Assembly (NCBI GenBank): GCA_016926735.1
Contig: JAFGOA010000092.1
Location: forward strand, 1-20,703
DNA length: 20,703 nucleotides
Source: Promethearchaeota archaeon
GTDB lineage: Archaea; Asgardarchaeota; Lokiarchaeia; Sigyniarchaeales; SOKP01
Reading direction: 5' to 3'
Below the pieces are notes generated by a model. It had not been told where the DNA came from. It was given only the letters and a program-made list of their open reading frames with translations, and made no database searches. A program made the translations under genes and the position numbers. Position 1 is the stretch's first letter, and each line of letters starts with the position of its first letter. Below are positions 1 to 7,983 of this stretch, piece after piece.

Positions 1-130
1 ATCAACCCTCTGTGAACGAGGAATCCTTTCTGGATCAATGGAAGGGTTTTCTACGATATACAGACCAATCCGTAGTAAAAGTGATTGTGTACTCGTAGGA
101 AGCTACGTCATTTCGGACGTGGTAGTTCAC
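1..130 (+). mobile_element. Right end of an IS200/IS605-family element (TnpB omegaRNA/reRNA scaffold region), truncated by the window start
   Basis: GC-richer than flanks. Subterminal hairpin GCTACGTC-atttcg-GACGTGGT (102-123) is preceded by GAAG (99-102) and followed by AGTTCAC, ending in TCAC (127-130), the usual guide/cleavage-site layout of IS200/IS605 right ends. GTGAAC (12-17) is complementary to GTTCAC (125-130). Composition switches abruptly to AT-rich after 130. Confidence 0.8.
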
Positions 131-300
131 TTAAAATATAAAAGAAATAATAATTTTCTTTTATAATCTTATTAATAAATATTGAAAAAGATTAAAATTA
201 TTCACAATCAAATCTAAATACTGGAAGATTATCATACTTAATGTATAAAAATTTTAGAAAATCAGATTATTTTTTTTTTATTATTATATTTATAGTAAAT

Positions 301-1155
301 ATGAGATTAGGAACACATGTAAGTATTACCGGAGGAAAATATAAAGCTCTAGAAAGAGGTAAAGAAATAGGATGTGAATCAATTCAAATATTTACAAGAA
401 GCGCTCGATCATGGTCTGCTAAACCTTTAGAACAAGAGGAGATTATTAAATTTAGAAAAATAAGAAAGCAACATAGTAATATTTGGCCGTTGATGTCTCA
501 TAATAGTTATTTAATTAACTTAGCTACAGAAGATAAGGATAAATTAGAAAAGTCATACAATGCCATGCTGGATGAACTTATCAAGGCAGATCAATTAAAC
601 CTAGATTATGTAAACATCCATCCAGGAAGCAAAAATCCAGAAGAAAGTGATATAATCGCTTTAAAAAGAATAGCTTTTCAAATAAATTCATTATTAGGAG
701 CTACTAATGAATCCAAAGTAATAATCTTATTAGAAACTACATCAGGACAAGGAAATTATCTAGGAAATAAATTTGAGCATCTTATAAATATAATTGACCA
801 TATTGAGAATAAAAAAAGAATAGGAATTACTTTTGATACATGTCATTCTTATACAGCTGGATATGATTTTACTACTTTTGAGACATATAATGAAATGTGG
901 GACACTTTCAATGAATTAATTGGATTTAATTATTTAAAAGCATTTCATCTCAATGATTCTATTGGAGAATTTAAATCCAATATTGATCGACATACTCATA
1001 TCGGAGAAGGACAAATAGGATTAGAAGCGTTTAAATATTTGATTAATGATAATAGATTTAAAGATTTGCCTGGAATATTAGAAACACCTAAGGGAAATGA
1101 TTTTTCTGATGATATTAAAAATTTAAATACTTTAAAATCTCTTAAAACTCATTAA
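301..1155 (+). CDS. nfo: Endonuclease IV (AP endonuclease family 2, deoxyribonuclease IV)
   Basis: MRLGTHVSI N-terminus, QIFTRSARSW, HNSYLINLA, HPG, LETTSGQG, DTCH, HLND, DRHTHIGEG and LETP metal-binding motifs. The start is placed at ATG 301 rather than 241. Confidence 0.95.
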   Translation: MRLGTHVSITGGKYKALERGKEIGCESIQIFTRSARSWSAKPLEQEEIIKFRKIRKQHSNIWPLMSHNSYLINLATEDKDKLEKSYNAMLDELIKADQLNLDYVNIHPGSKNPEESDIIALKRIAFQINSLLGATNESKVIILLETTSGQGNYLGNKFEHLINIIDHIENKKRIGITFDTCHSYTAGYDFTTFETYNEMWDTFNELIGFNYLKAFHLNDSIGEFKSNIDRHTHIGEGQIGLEAFKYLINDNRFKDLPGILETPKGNDFSDDIKNLNTLKSLKTH

Positions 1156-1160
1156 ATTTC

Positions 1161-2408
1161 TTATTCTTTTTCATTATATTTTTCTGGATTGACACATCGT
1201 TTCCAGGCATCGACAGTTTCTCTTGGACCTAAACCTATTATTAAATCTCCTTCTTGAAATGTAAAATCAGGTTTAAAACTATATATCCATAAATTCTCTC
1301 TTTTTAGAGCAATTATATGGAAACCTCGTTTATATCTCTTATCTTGTAATTTCTTATAGGTTTTATCCTTAAAAAAAGAATCACTTGATAAAGTTTCTCT
1401 TACTACGATTTCAGATGTTTCGGCGATAGCTTCTTGGAGTATCTTATGAGGTTCAAATCCTTTAACTATGCTTTCTGCTATATTTTGAGCTGCATCTGCA
1501 ATTTGTTCACAAGAAAATACAATTCTTAGAATACCTGTTAAATCTTTTGGATTATCAATATATCCTGCTAATTCTAGTAAATCTTTTTCGAAATTGATAT
1601 TAAGACCGTCTAACAATTCCTCCATTTCCAATACATCTTCAGCAACTTCATAATTTTTGAAAAAAAGAGATGCTAATGCCAATTCCGTCATAGTCTCTGA
1701 AATATCTGTTATCTTGACATAATTCATTTTTATATTTTTAAACATTTCTTGAATTTCTGGATTTGATAAATCAAAAACAGAATCTTTTTTTTCCCTTCCT
1801 AAATTAAATGAAATAGGTTCATAATCATGACAAACAGATTTTAATTCCATTAATGGCTCTAATTCTCCTTTAACTATGAGGCGGTCTTTATCTAAAATAA
1901 TATCATTATTTTCAAATGACCATTTATCTTTTCTTCTTATAGCTATTAGATCTACTCCATAATGAGAGCGAAAATGTATATTTTTTCTTTGTGCATTTAT
2001 AAAAGTACAACCTTCATTTACTTTAATTTTAACAATAGGTTCTGGTACGAAATCCCACATTAATTGTGTGAAATCAGCTATATCACTATTTATAAAAATA
2101 ACTCGTGCAATATCTGATAATGCATCTGAGATTTTATCGATTGAATATCCCATAACAACAATAGGTTCTAGTTCCTTTGCCTTTTCAAGACCGCCAGCTT
2201 GAGTTTGGATAATCTGAAAATTTAACAGGAAAGTTAACTCATGTATTTTCTGCTCTATTTTATATACTTCATTAGCTAATTCTTTACTACCAAATTTAAT
2301 AGCACTATAAGCTAGATCAATCATAAGATCTATATTTTGCTTCATTTGCTTTAAGATTTCTTTTAAGGATATCGGTTGGTATTTAAATTTCTTTTTAATT
2401 GGTGTCAT
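1161..2408 (-). CDS. PhoU-like helical bundle + TrkA-C (RCK_C) protein, internally duplicated; putative regulatory subunit of the adjacent cation transporter
   Basis: Two homologous halves (MKQNIDLMIDLAYSAI...EVYKIE / ITDISETMTELALASL...DVLEME), each followed by an RCK_C-like segment (GVDLIAIRRKDKW...DRLIVKG / GFHIIALKRENLW...GDLIIGLG). Lies downstream of MgtE-like genes, a known archaeal arrangement. Confidence 0.85.
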   Translation of the reverse strand: MTPIKKKFKYQPISLKEILKQMKQNIDLMIDLAYSAIKFGSKELANEVYKIEQKIHELTFLLNFQIIQTQAGGLEKAKELEPIVVMGYSIDKISDALSDIARVIFINSDIADFTQLMWDFVPEPIVKIKVNEGCTFINAQRKNIHFRSHYGVDLIAIRRKDKWSFENNDIILDKDRLIVKGELEPLMELKSVCHDYEPISFNLGREKKDSVFDLSNPEIQEMFKNIKMNYVKITDISETMTELALASLFFKNYEVAEDVLEMEELLDGLNINFEKDLLELAGYIDNPKDLTGILRIVFSCEQIADAAQNIAESIVKGFEPHKILQEAIAETSEIVVRETLSSDSFFKDKTYKKLQDKRYKRGFHIIALKRENLWIYSFKPDFTFQEGDLIIGLGPRETVDAWKRCVNPEKYNEKE

Positions 2409-2445
2409 ATTGTTTTTTTCTCTAATATTTTACTATTTTTTAATT

Positions 2446-2997
2446 TTATATAAATATTATGATAAATAATATAATCAGAAATGGACTTAAAAAATCAATA
2501 AGAGATGTGATAAATGGTATTAAAAAATTATTTGGATCTTTTCCTTTTTTAAATAACAAAATTGAAATCATAAACATCACGAGAAAAATAATTACAAACA
2601 TCACTACAACTGTTAAAATAATTATAATTAAAACTTCAATTAAATTCATAAGTTTCAGTTCCATATAATATGCTATTATATAACCCGCAGCAAGTAAAAT
2701 AATTAAACTTAATATTATAGTTAAAAATAACCCTATGAAATCTTCAATTAATCTTTGAGTTTTTTTAATACGAGGAGGGATAGAACCAATTAATAATTGA
2801 GTTGTTAATCTTGAAATCATGATTGTTGATATATCTCCAATTAAAGAATTAATAGCAGGGAGTGTAAGAAGAATAAATGGAATTGTATTAAGAATTTCAT
2901 CATTTGAAGATAGAAACGTACCTGTGACTATTCCTATTAAAGAAGAGATGAATACTATTATTATAGATTCCTTAATTATTTTTATGAAGTATTCCAT
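2446..2997 (-). CDS. MgtE/SLC41-type divalent cation transporter, membrane subunit B (about 5 TM)
   Basis: Hydrophobic. Carries PAINSLIGD (PxxxxxxGN-like) and GKDPNNFLIPFITSLID (DPxN..P..T...D) MgtE membrane motifs. Confidence 0.85.
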   Translation of the reverse strand: MEYFIKIIKESIIIVFISSLIGIVTGTFLSSNDEILNTIPFILLTLPAINSLIGDISTIMISRLTTQLLIGSIPPRIKKTQRLIEDFIGLFLTIILSLIILLAAGYIIAYYMELKLMNLIEVLIIIILTVVVMFVIIFLVMFMISILLFKKGKDPNNFLIPFITSLIDFLSPFLIILFIIIFI

Positions 2998-2998
2998 T

Positions 2999-3553
2999 TT
3001 AAGGGACCCCTAAAATAATTAAAGTTAAATAAAAAAAAACAACATTAAAAAAATCACCAATTGCTGTCATTATTGGGGGTATCACATTATTTGGGTTTAG
3101 TCCGAATTTAAACACAAGAGAATTTAATACTATAGAAATAACAATTACAAGCGATAAAGTAAATAACATTGATATTAATGGAATTAATATAAAAAATTCA
3201 AATGAGAAATATTCTAATTTAAAAAAAAAAAAATTAACGATAAAGGTAAATAATCCAATTAAACATGCAGTTGCTATAGCTAAAAGATATGTAGACAATA
3301 TATTTTCAATTATATTTCTTTTATTAAAATCTCCAATAATTAAATCTTTAGCTGTTCGGGCTATAAAAGGACTGCTTATATTTCCTCTAAGTGATAAGAG
3401 CGCGGGTATTAATAATATGAGGATTGGAAAACTTTTAAATTGTAATAAAAGAAGTGATAAGATTATTCCAGCTGCTAGAGACCCAATGATGGAAAGTGTT
3501 TCTGAGGGTAAAATTTCCTTAATAAGCGTGAATCTGGAATCTTCTCTTTCCAT
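2999..3553 (-). CDS. MgtE/SLC41-type divalent cation transporter, membrane subunit A (about 5 TM)
   Basis: PALLSLRGN and GLNPNNVIPPIMTAIGD motifs. Its stop is 1 nt from the next start (TAAAATG), suggesting translational coupling. Confidence 0.85.
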   Translation of the reverse strand: MEREDSRFTLIKEILPSETLSIIGSLAAGIILSLLLLQFKSFPILILLIPALLSLRGNISSPFIARTAKDLIIGDFNKRNIIENILSTYLLAIATACLIGLFTFIVNFFFFKLEYFSFEFFILIPLISMLFTLSLVIVISIVLNSLVFKFGLNPNNVIPPIMTAIGDFFNVVFFYLTLIILGVP

Positions 3554-3799
3554 ATACTAGCCCCTGTCATTTTCTTTGAATTATAATAATAAATCTTATT
3601 AGTATTTTCTAATATATAAAATTATAAATAATATTTAAAAATTATCTAAAGTGTAGTAAAAATCTTACATCAAATTTTTTAAAAAATTATGTAAATTTAA
3701 ATTAAACCCAATTAATTTTAAACTAAGTAAAGAAATAAGAATGTTCATTAAATTATTTAATTATAATCAATATTTTATATACTATTTACCTATCTGAGA

Positions 3800-5476
3800 T
3801 TAAAGATTCTCAATCCAATTAATATCTATCTTATTTAGAGCATTCTCTGATTCTTTTTTTATTTTCCAATCTAAATCTGTTAAAAGTTCTGCTAAAGGTT
3901 TGATTGCTTTTATATCACCAAGTTGACCAAGAGTTTTTATTGCAATAATTTTAATTTTGGAATCACTGTCTTTTAATGAATCAATAAGTAAATCAATATT
4001 TTCCTTGTCTCCTAATCGTCCTATTGCTCTAATCGCCCATTTTCTAATATGAATATCTTTATCATGAATAGATGATATCACAGAATTTAAAGTTTCTTTA
4101 GTTCCAATTTTCATTAATAAAATAATAGAACATCTTCTTAAACGCCAATCAGAATCATTTAATTTATCTTTTGCAAATAATATTATTTTAGGATTATGAA
4201 TTCTGGCTAAAGTATTTGTAGCAGCTATTCTTACTCTATTATTTTTATCTTGCATAAGTGGAATAAGTGCATCAATAATTATATTTTCTTGAATATTCTT
4301 AATATTTCCTAATATTTTTGAGACTGCTTTCCTAATTTGCCAATGAGGAGATTTTAACGCCTCTAACAATGTATTATCAATTTGATCTTGAGAAATTTTA
4401 ATTATGGAACTGATAGCCTTTTTCCTAATTTTTGAATTTTTACTATTTAAAGCTTTGATTAAATGATCTAAAGATTCCTTATTATTTATTATCCCCATAA
4501 GGCTTATATACCCAGCTCTTATGTTTATATTCTTATGTTCTAAATATTGGTATTGTGATTTGGTCATTTTTAAGTCACTGAATAGATTACTCAATGCTTT
4601 TATTACTTTCTTTCTTATTTTGAGATCTGAAGTTTTTAAAAGATTAGTCAGGGGCTTTATGGCGACCTTATTTCTAAGCTTTCCAAGTATCTGAATTGCT
4701 AAATATTTTACTTTCAAATTTTTATAATTAAGTAATTCAATTATTTTCTCAATTACATCAGTAGGGATTTCTTTTTTCATTAATGAATGAATTGTTTTAA
4801 GAGAATTTATTTTTACTATATCATCTTTATTACTCAATAATTGATATATTATTTCAATAGAAGCTGTATTTTTTATTTTTCTTAAAATTAATGGAATTGA
4901 TCTCCTGATATATATATTTTCATTATCTATATATGGATATATTAGATTAATTCCTTTATTTTTAATAATTTTTGATATTGAATCTATTATATCATACTTT
5001 ATCTCGTTTTTTCCATATCTTAGAAGCTCTATTAAATATTTAAGAGCCTTTTCATTTCCAATTCTTCCTAATTGAGAAATAGATAATTTTTTAATATCAA
5101 TATTAGAATCTTTTAATGAGTTAATTATAAATTCTATATTGGAATCATCTGGATTAATTTCAATCGATTTTAAAATTTCCATTCTAACTTTCCAATCCTT
5201 TTCTTTTTTATAATGTTCTTCTAAAAATTTTTTTCCTTTAAGAGTATAGAATAAATTTAATAATTCGATTAATTTAATCTTAACATTTGAATTCGTCTCC
5301 TTATTATATATGTATTTGATTTCATTAAAATGCGAATTATCATGAAATAAAATCAATTTTTCAATACATTTTATATTTCTTTCCCAAGAATTTGATGATT
5401 TTAAAAGGGAGTGTAGTTCAATGATTGCTTCTGAAGGTCCCATTTCATCAAATTTCTTAAAAATTAGATCATCCAT
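3800..5476 (-). CDS. HEAT-repeat (PBS lyase HEAT-like) alpha-solenoid protein
   Basis: Many ~31-aa repeats of the type L...L.D.D..(I/V)R..A...LG.(I/L)G...A(I/L)..L across nearly the whole 558 aa. Confidence 0.9.
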   Translation of the reverse strand: MDDLIFKKFDEMGPSEAIIELHSLLKSSNSWERNIKCIEKLILFHDNSHFNEIKYIYNKETNSNVKIKLIELLNLFYTLKGKKFLEEHYKKEKDWKVRMEILKSIEINPDDSNIEFIINSLKDSNIDIKKLSISQLGRIGNEKALKYLIELLRYGKNEIKYDIIDSISKIIKNKGINLIYPYIDNENIYIRRSIPLILRKIKNTASIEIIYQLLSNKDDIVKINSLKTIHSLMKKEIPTDVIEKIIELLNYKNLKVKYLAIQILGKLRNKVAIKPLTNLLKTSDLKIRKKVIKALSNLFSDLKMTKSQYQYLEHKNINIRAGYISLMGIINNKESLDHLIKALNSKNSKIRKKAISSIIKISQDQIDNTLLEALKSPHWQIRKAVSKILGNIKNIQENIIIDALIPLMQDKNNRVRIAATNTLARIHNPKIILFAKDKLNDSDWRLRRCSIILLMKIGTKETLNSVISSIHDKDIHIRKWAIRAIGRLGDKENIDLLIDSLKDSDSKIKIIAIKTLGQLGDIKAIKPLAELLTDLDWKIKKESENALNKIDINWIENL

Positions 5477-5604
5477 ATACTTCAGTATTTTAGGTAAATT
5501 TTATTACTATAAATAAATACAAAATCTAAATATTGTCTATAAATTTATAATTTTGTAAATATAATTTTGTAGAACGAATGAATTAAAAAAAAAAGAAAAA
5601 AAAA

Positions 5605-6447
5605 CTATATTCTTATTTTAGTAGCTCTTTTCCTAACATATAGTATAATTCCTAACAATGAAATAGCACTTACTCCAATAAAAACAACTAATTCATAACC
5701 AGGGATTGCACCTTCTTCCATAGTTATTACTTTATTTCCTCCATAATTAACTGATATCTTTTGCATCCATCCATCATCAGCATAAGTCATAGAAATATCA
5801 AAAGCAGCTAAATTAAGGGTTACTGAAGAATTGTATGCGATTGAACAAGCAGGAATATTAATTGTTATACCGTTTGCAAGGGCACTAATTGTAAAAGGTG
5901 GTAACGTTATTGGGTCTTCTGGGCCTGGTATAGATATTAGAGAATTGATATCCTCCACAATATCTGTCCAATTTGCTCCAACTGGCATAATAATACCAGG
6001 AGGAATTGGTTTAGGTTCAATTAAAAATGTATTATTAAAATAATTTCTTTCTTCAGGATCAAAAACAACAGTTTCTATTTCTTCTGATTCCAATGGCATA
6101 CCCATATATTCCATTGTGGCATTTAATCCGACCACATGATATCCAATTGAACCAATAGTAGTATAGTTTTCTGGACTAACTGAAATAACTTCAAGATTAA
6201 ATCCAAACGCTTGATCACCTGCTGCGAATATATCTTCATATCCTTCTGGGAGATCCGGTATTATCTCCGAAAGATCTGATATTAAATTTAGAAGTCCTGT
6301 ACTATGGATTGTAACGGTATAGGATCTTTTATCCCCTACTGAAACACCGCAATAACCGCTCGATTGAGCAATCGTATAATTGGGAATAATACCTAAAATT
6401 AAAAAAGAAGTTAGGATAAAAATTGATATTATTTTAGATTTCTTCAT
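5605..6447 (-). CDS. Secreted/cell-surface glycoprotein with C-terminal Loki-CTERM/PGF-CTERM-like sorting signal
   Basis: Signal peptide MKKSKIISIFILTSFLILGII. C-terminal IPGY + TM helix + basic tail RKRATK. N-x-S/T sequons NYT (x2), NAT, NNT, NWT, NSS. Confidence 0.8.
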   Translation of the reverse strand: MKKSKIISIFILTSFLILGIIPNYTIAQSSGYCGVSVGDKRSYTVTIHSTGLLNLISDLSEIIPDLPEGYEDIFAAGDQAFGFNLEVISVSPENYTTIGSIGYHVVGLNATMEYMGMPLESEEIETVVFDPEERNYFNNTFLIEPKPIPPGIIMPVGANWTDIVEDINSLISIPGPEDPITLPPFTISALANGITINIPACSIAYNSSVTLNLAAFDISMTYADDGWMQKISVNYGGNKVITMEEGAIPGYELVVFIGVSAISLLGIILYVRKRATKIRI

Positions 6448-6746
6448 GGATTATTCATTTAATTTTAAGGATTAACAAAATAATGAGTATTTAGATATAT
6501 AAATTTTTACCATTTTTGAAGAAAAAAAATTTTGATAATTTTCATTCTTATTTCTATTATTATATTTAAGCCTAGATATTTATATCTTCTATATTTCTGG
6601 ATGATCTTAATTTATATTGTTTATATAAATAGAAAAAATAAATCTGTATTGGAATGAGATTATCTAAATAATATAATTCAATAAATTCTTGAATTCTTCA
6701 ATATGATTTATTTAAAATAAAAATGTAAAAAAAAGAATTTTTTTAT

Positions 6747-7013
6747 CTAAACGCTTTCTAATTTAAATAATATTGTAGAATGTGGTATATAAAATTCATC
6801 CTCTTTCTTTAATATAACGCTATGAAAATACTCCGCTAATCCTAAAAATCCACGTATAACAGATTCATCTTCTTCAAATTTAAAAACAACGACAGCTATC
6901 GCATTTTTTCCACTAATTAATGTTTTATCATATACTCTTTCATCAATGAGAGGAATTTTTAATTCGTTAACAATTTCATATACTCTTTTTACAAAAAGTT
7001 CAGCTTTTCCTAT
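6747..7013 (-). CDS. Small hypothetical protein (88 aa) missing from the ORF track; probable non-canonical ATA start
   Basis: Hand translation: (M)GKAELFVKRVYEIVNELKIPLIDERVYDKTLISGKNAIAVVVFKFEEDESVIRGFLGLAEYFHSVILKKEDEFYIPHSTILFKLESV*. Stop-free for 88 codons with globular composition. SD AGGTGA lies 6 nt upstream of ATA. No in-frame ATG/GTG/TTG, and an in-frame TGA sits just upstream. Confidence 0.75.
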   Translation of the reverse strand: MGKAELFVKRVYEIVNELKIPLIDERVYDKTLISGKNAIAVVVFKFEEDESVIRGFLGLAEYFHSVILKKEDEFYIPHSTILFKLESV

Positions 7014-7019
7014 AATATA

Positions 7020-7025
7020 TCACCT
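7020..7025 (-). promoter_or_regulatory. Shine-Dalgarno-like site (AGGTGA) of the 88-aa gene
   Basis: Plus-strand tcacct reads AGGTGA on the minus strand, a match to the archaeal SD consensus GGAGGTGA, at canonical spacing from ATA 7013. Confidence 0.65.
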
Positions 7026-7344
7026 TTTCTAAAAATATACTAATATAAATTTATCTTGATTTTTTAATTAAATGAAAGTTATCTTGCTTTATTAATAAGT
7101 ACAATTTTTTCTTATTAATATTATGTTTAAGACATGAAGAATTATATATTTTGTTAAAAATAAATTAAACTAATTACCATATTAAATCTTTTAAATAATT
7201 CGAAAATGTGAAATAAAGATAAAAATAAATTTATAAAATTTTTATTCTTAATATATATAAATTTATATTTAAGGATTATATATTCTTTATAACATTAATT
7301 ATTAATAATTCAACTTTCTAAAATATTGAGGATTTGATAAAACC

Positions 7345-7983
7345 GTGGTTTCGGAAAAAAAGAAATTGAATCGTGTTATTAGTTTTTTAAAAAAAGGATT
7401 AGTAGGGTTAACTGATGATTTAGAAGAGACTGTTAAAAATATTAAAGCATTTATTGAGTCTTTAAATAAAGCAGAGAAAGACCTAAAAGAAGTAACCATT
7501 AAAGAAGAGGTTCAAACTGTTAGTACTTCATCTGCTCAAGTTGTTGCCCCGAGTACTACTGTAAAAACAGCAGCAGCCAGTACATTATTTAGTCTTTTAA
7601 GTGGTTCACAAGTAAGTCCTTTACCTGCGCCACCAGGTTCTATTTCAGCATCCGCAGCTCCAAGACCTCCATCCTCAGGTCCTCCTAGCGCACCATCTGG
7701 AGGAGGTCCACCTAGAGCACCGCCTGGAGGAGGTCCACCTAGAGCACCACCTGGAGGTGGCCCGCCTAGTGCACCACCAAGAGCACCAAATCTGCCTCCT
7801 GCACCAACCTTACCTGGAGGAGGTCCACCTAGAGCACCACCTGGAGGTGGCCCGCCTAGTGCACCACAAATGAGTCCTCAAGCACCACCTATGGCAGCTA
7901 AACCAGGAGGAGGGTTAAGCTCATTAAGAGATGAAATGTTGGATGAATTGAATAGACTAAAGAAAATAATGCGTGGAGAATAA
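7345..7983 (+). CDS. Coiled-coil / proline-rich protein with C-terminal WH2-like helix-LKK motif (WASP/VASP-like architecture; putative actin regulator)
   Basis: GTG start. Residues ~5-52 are an amphipathic heptad helix, followed by a S/T/A-rich linker, a Pro/Gly-rich region with GGGPP(R/S)APP repeats, and the C-terminus GGGLSSLRDEMLDELNRLKKIMRGE. The CDS is well supported; the function is inferred. Confidence 0.7.
   Translation: MVSEKKKLNRVISFLKKGLVGLTDDLEETVKNIKAFIESLNKAEKDLKEVTIKEEVQTVSTSSAQVVAPSTTVKTAAASTLFSLLSGSQVSPLPAPPGSISASAAPRPPSSGPPSAPSGGGPPRAPPGGGPPRAPPGGGPPSAPPRAPNLPPAPTLPGGGPPRAPPGGGPPSAPQMSPQAPPMAAKPGGGLSSLRDEMLDELNRLKKIMRGE
7697..7867 (+). repeat. Intragenic 27-bp coding repeat (GGGPPxAPP), including an exact 55-bp duplication
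   Basis: cctggaggaggtccacctagagcaccacctggaggtggcccgcctagtgcaccac occurs at 7723-7777 and 7813-7867. An additional unit starts at 7697. Confidence 0.95.

Noticed and set aside
241-300. 20-aa N-terminal extension of endonuclease IV in the ORF track
   Set aside because: Low-complexity AT-rich sequence (FFFIIIFIV). The family N-terminus begins at MRLGTHVS (ATG 301).
2459-3013. Plus-strand ORFs 2459-2668 and 2819-3013
   Set aside because: Antisense shadows of the MgtE-like membrane genes, with no motifs.
5831-6043. Plus-strand 70-aa ORF
   Set aside because: Antisense to the well-formed surface protein gene.
7302-7499. Minus-strand 65-aa ORF
   Set aside because: Antisense to the coiled-coil part of the Pro-rich gene.
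7697-7867. GC-rich repeats as a possible CRISPR array
   Set aside because: Units are in-frame 27-bp coding repeats without unique spacers, and there are no cas genes.
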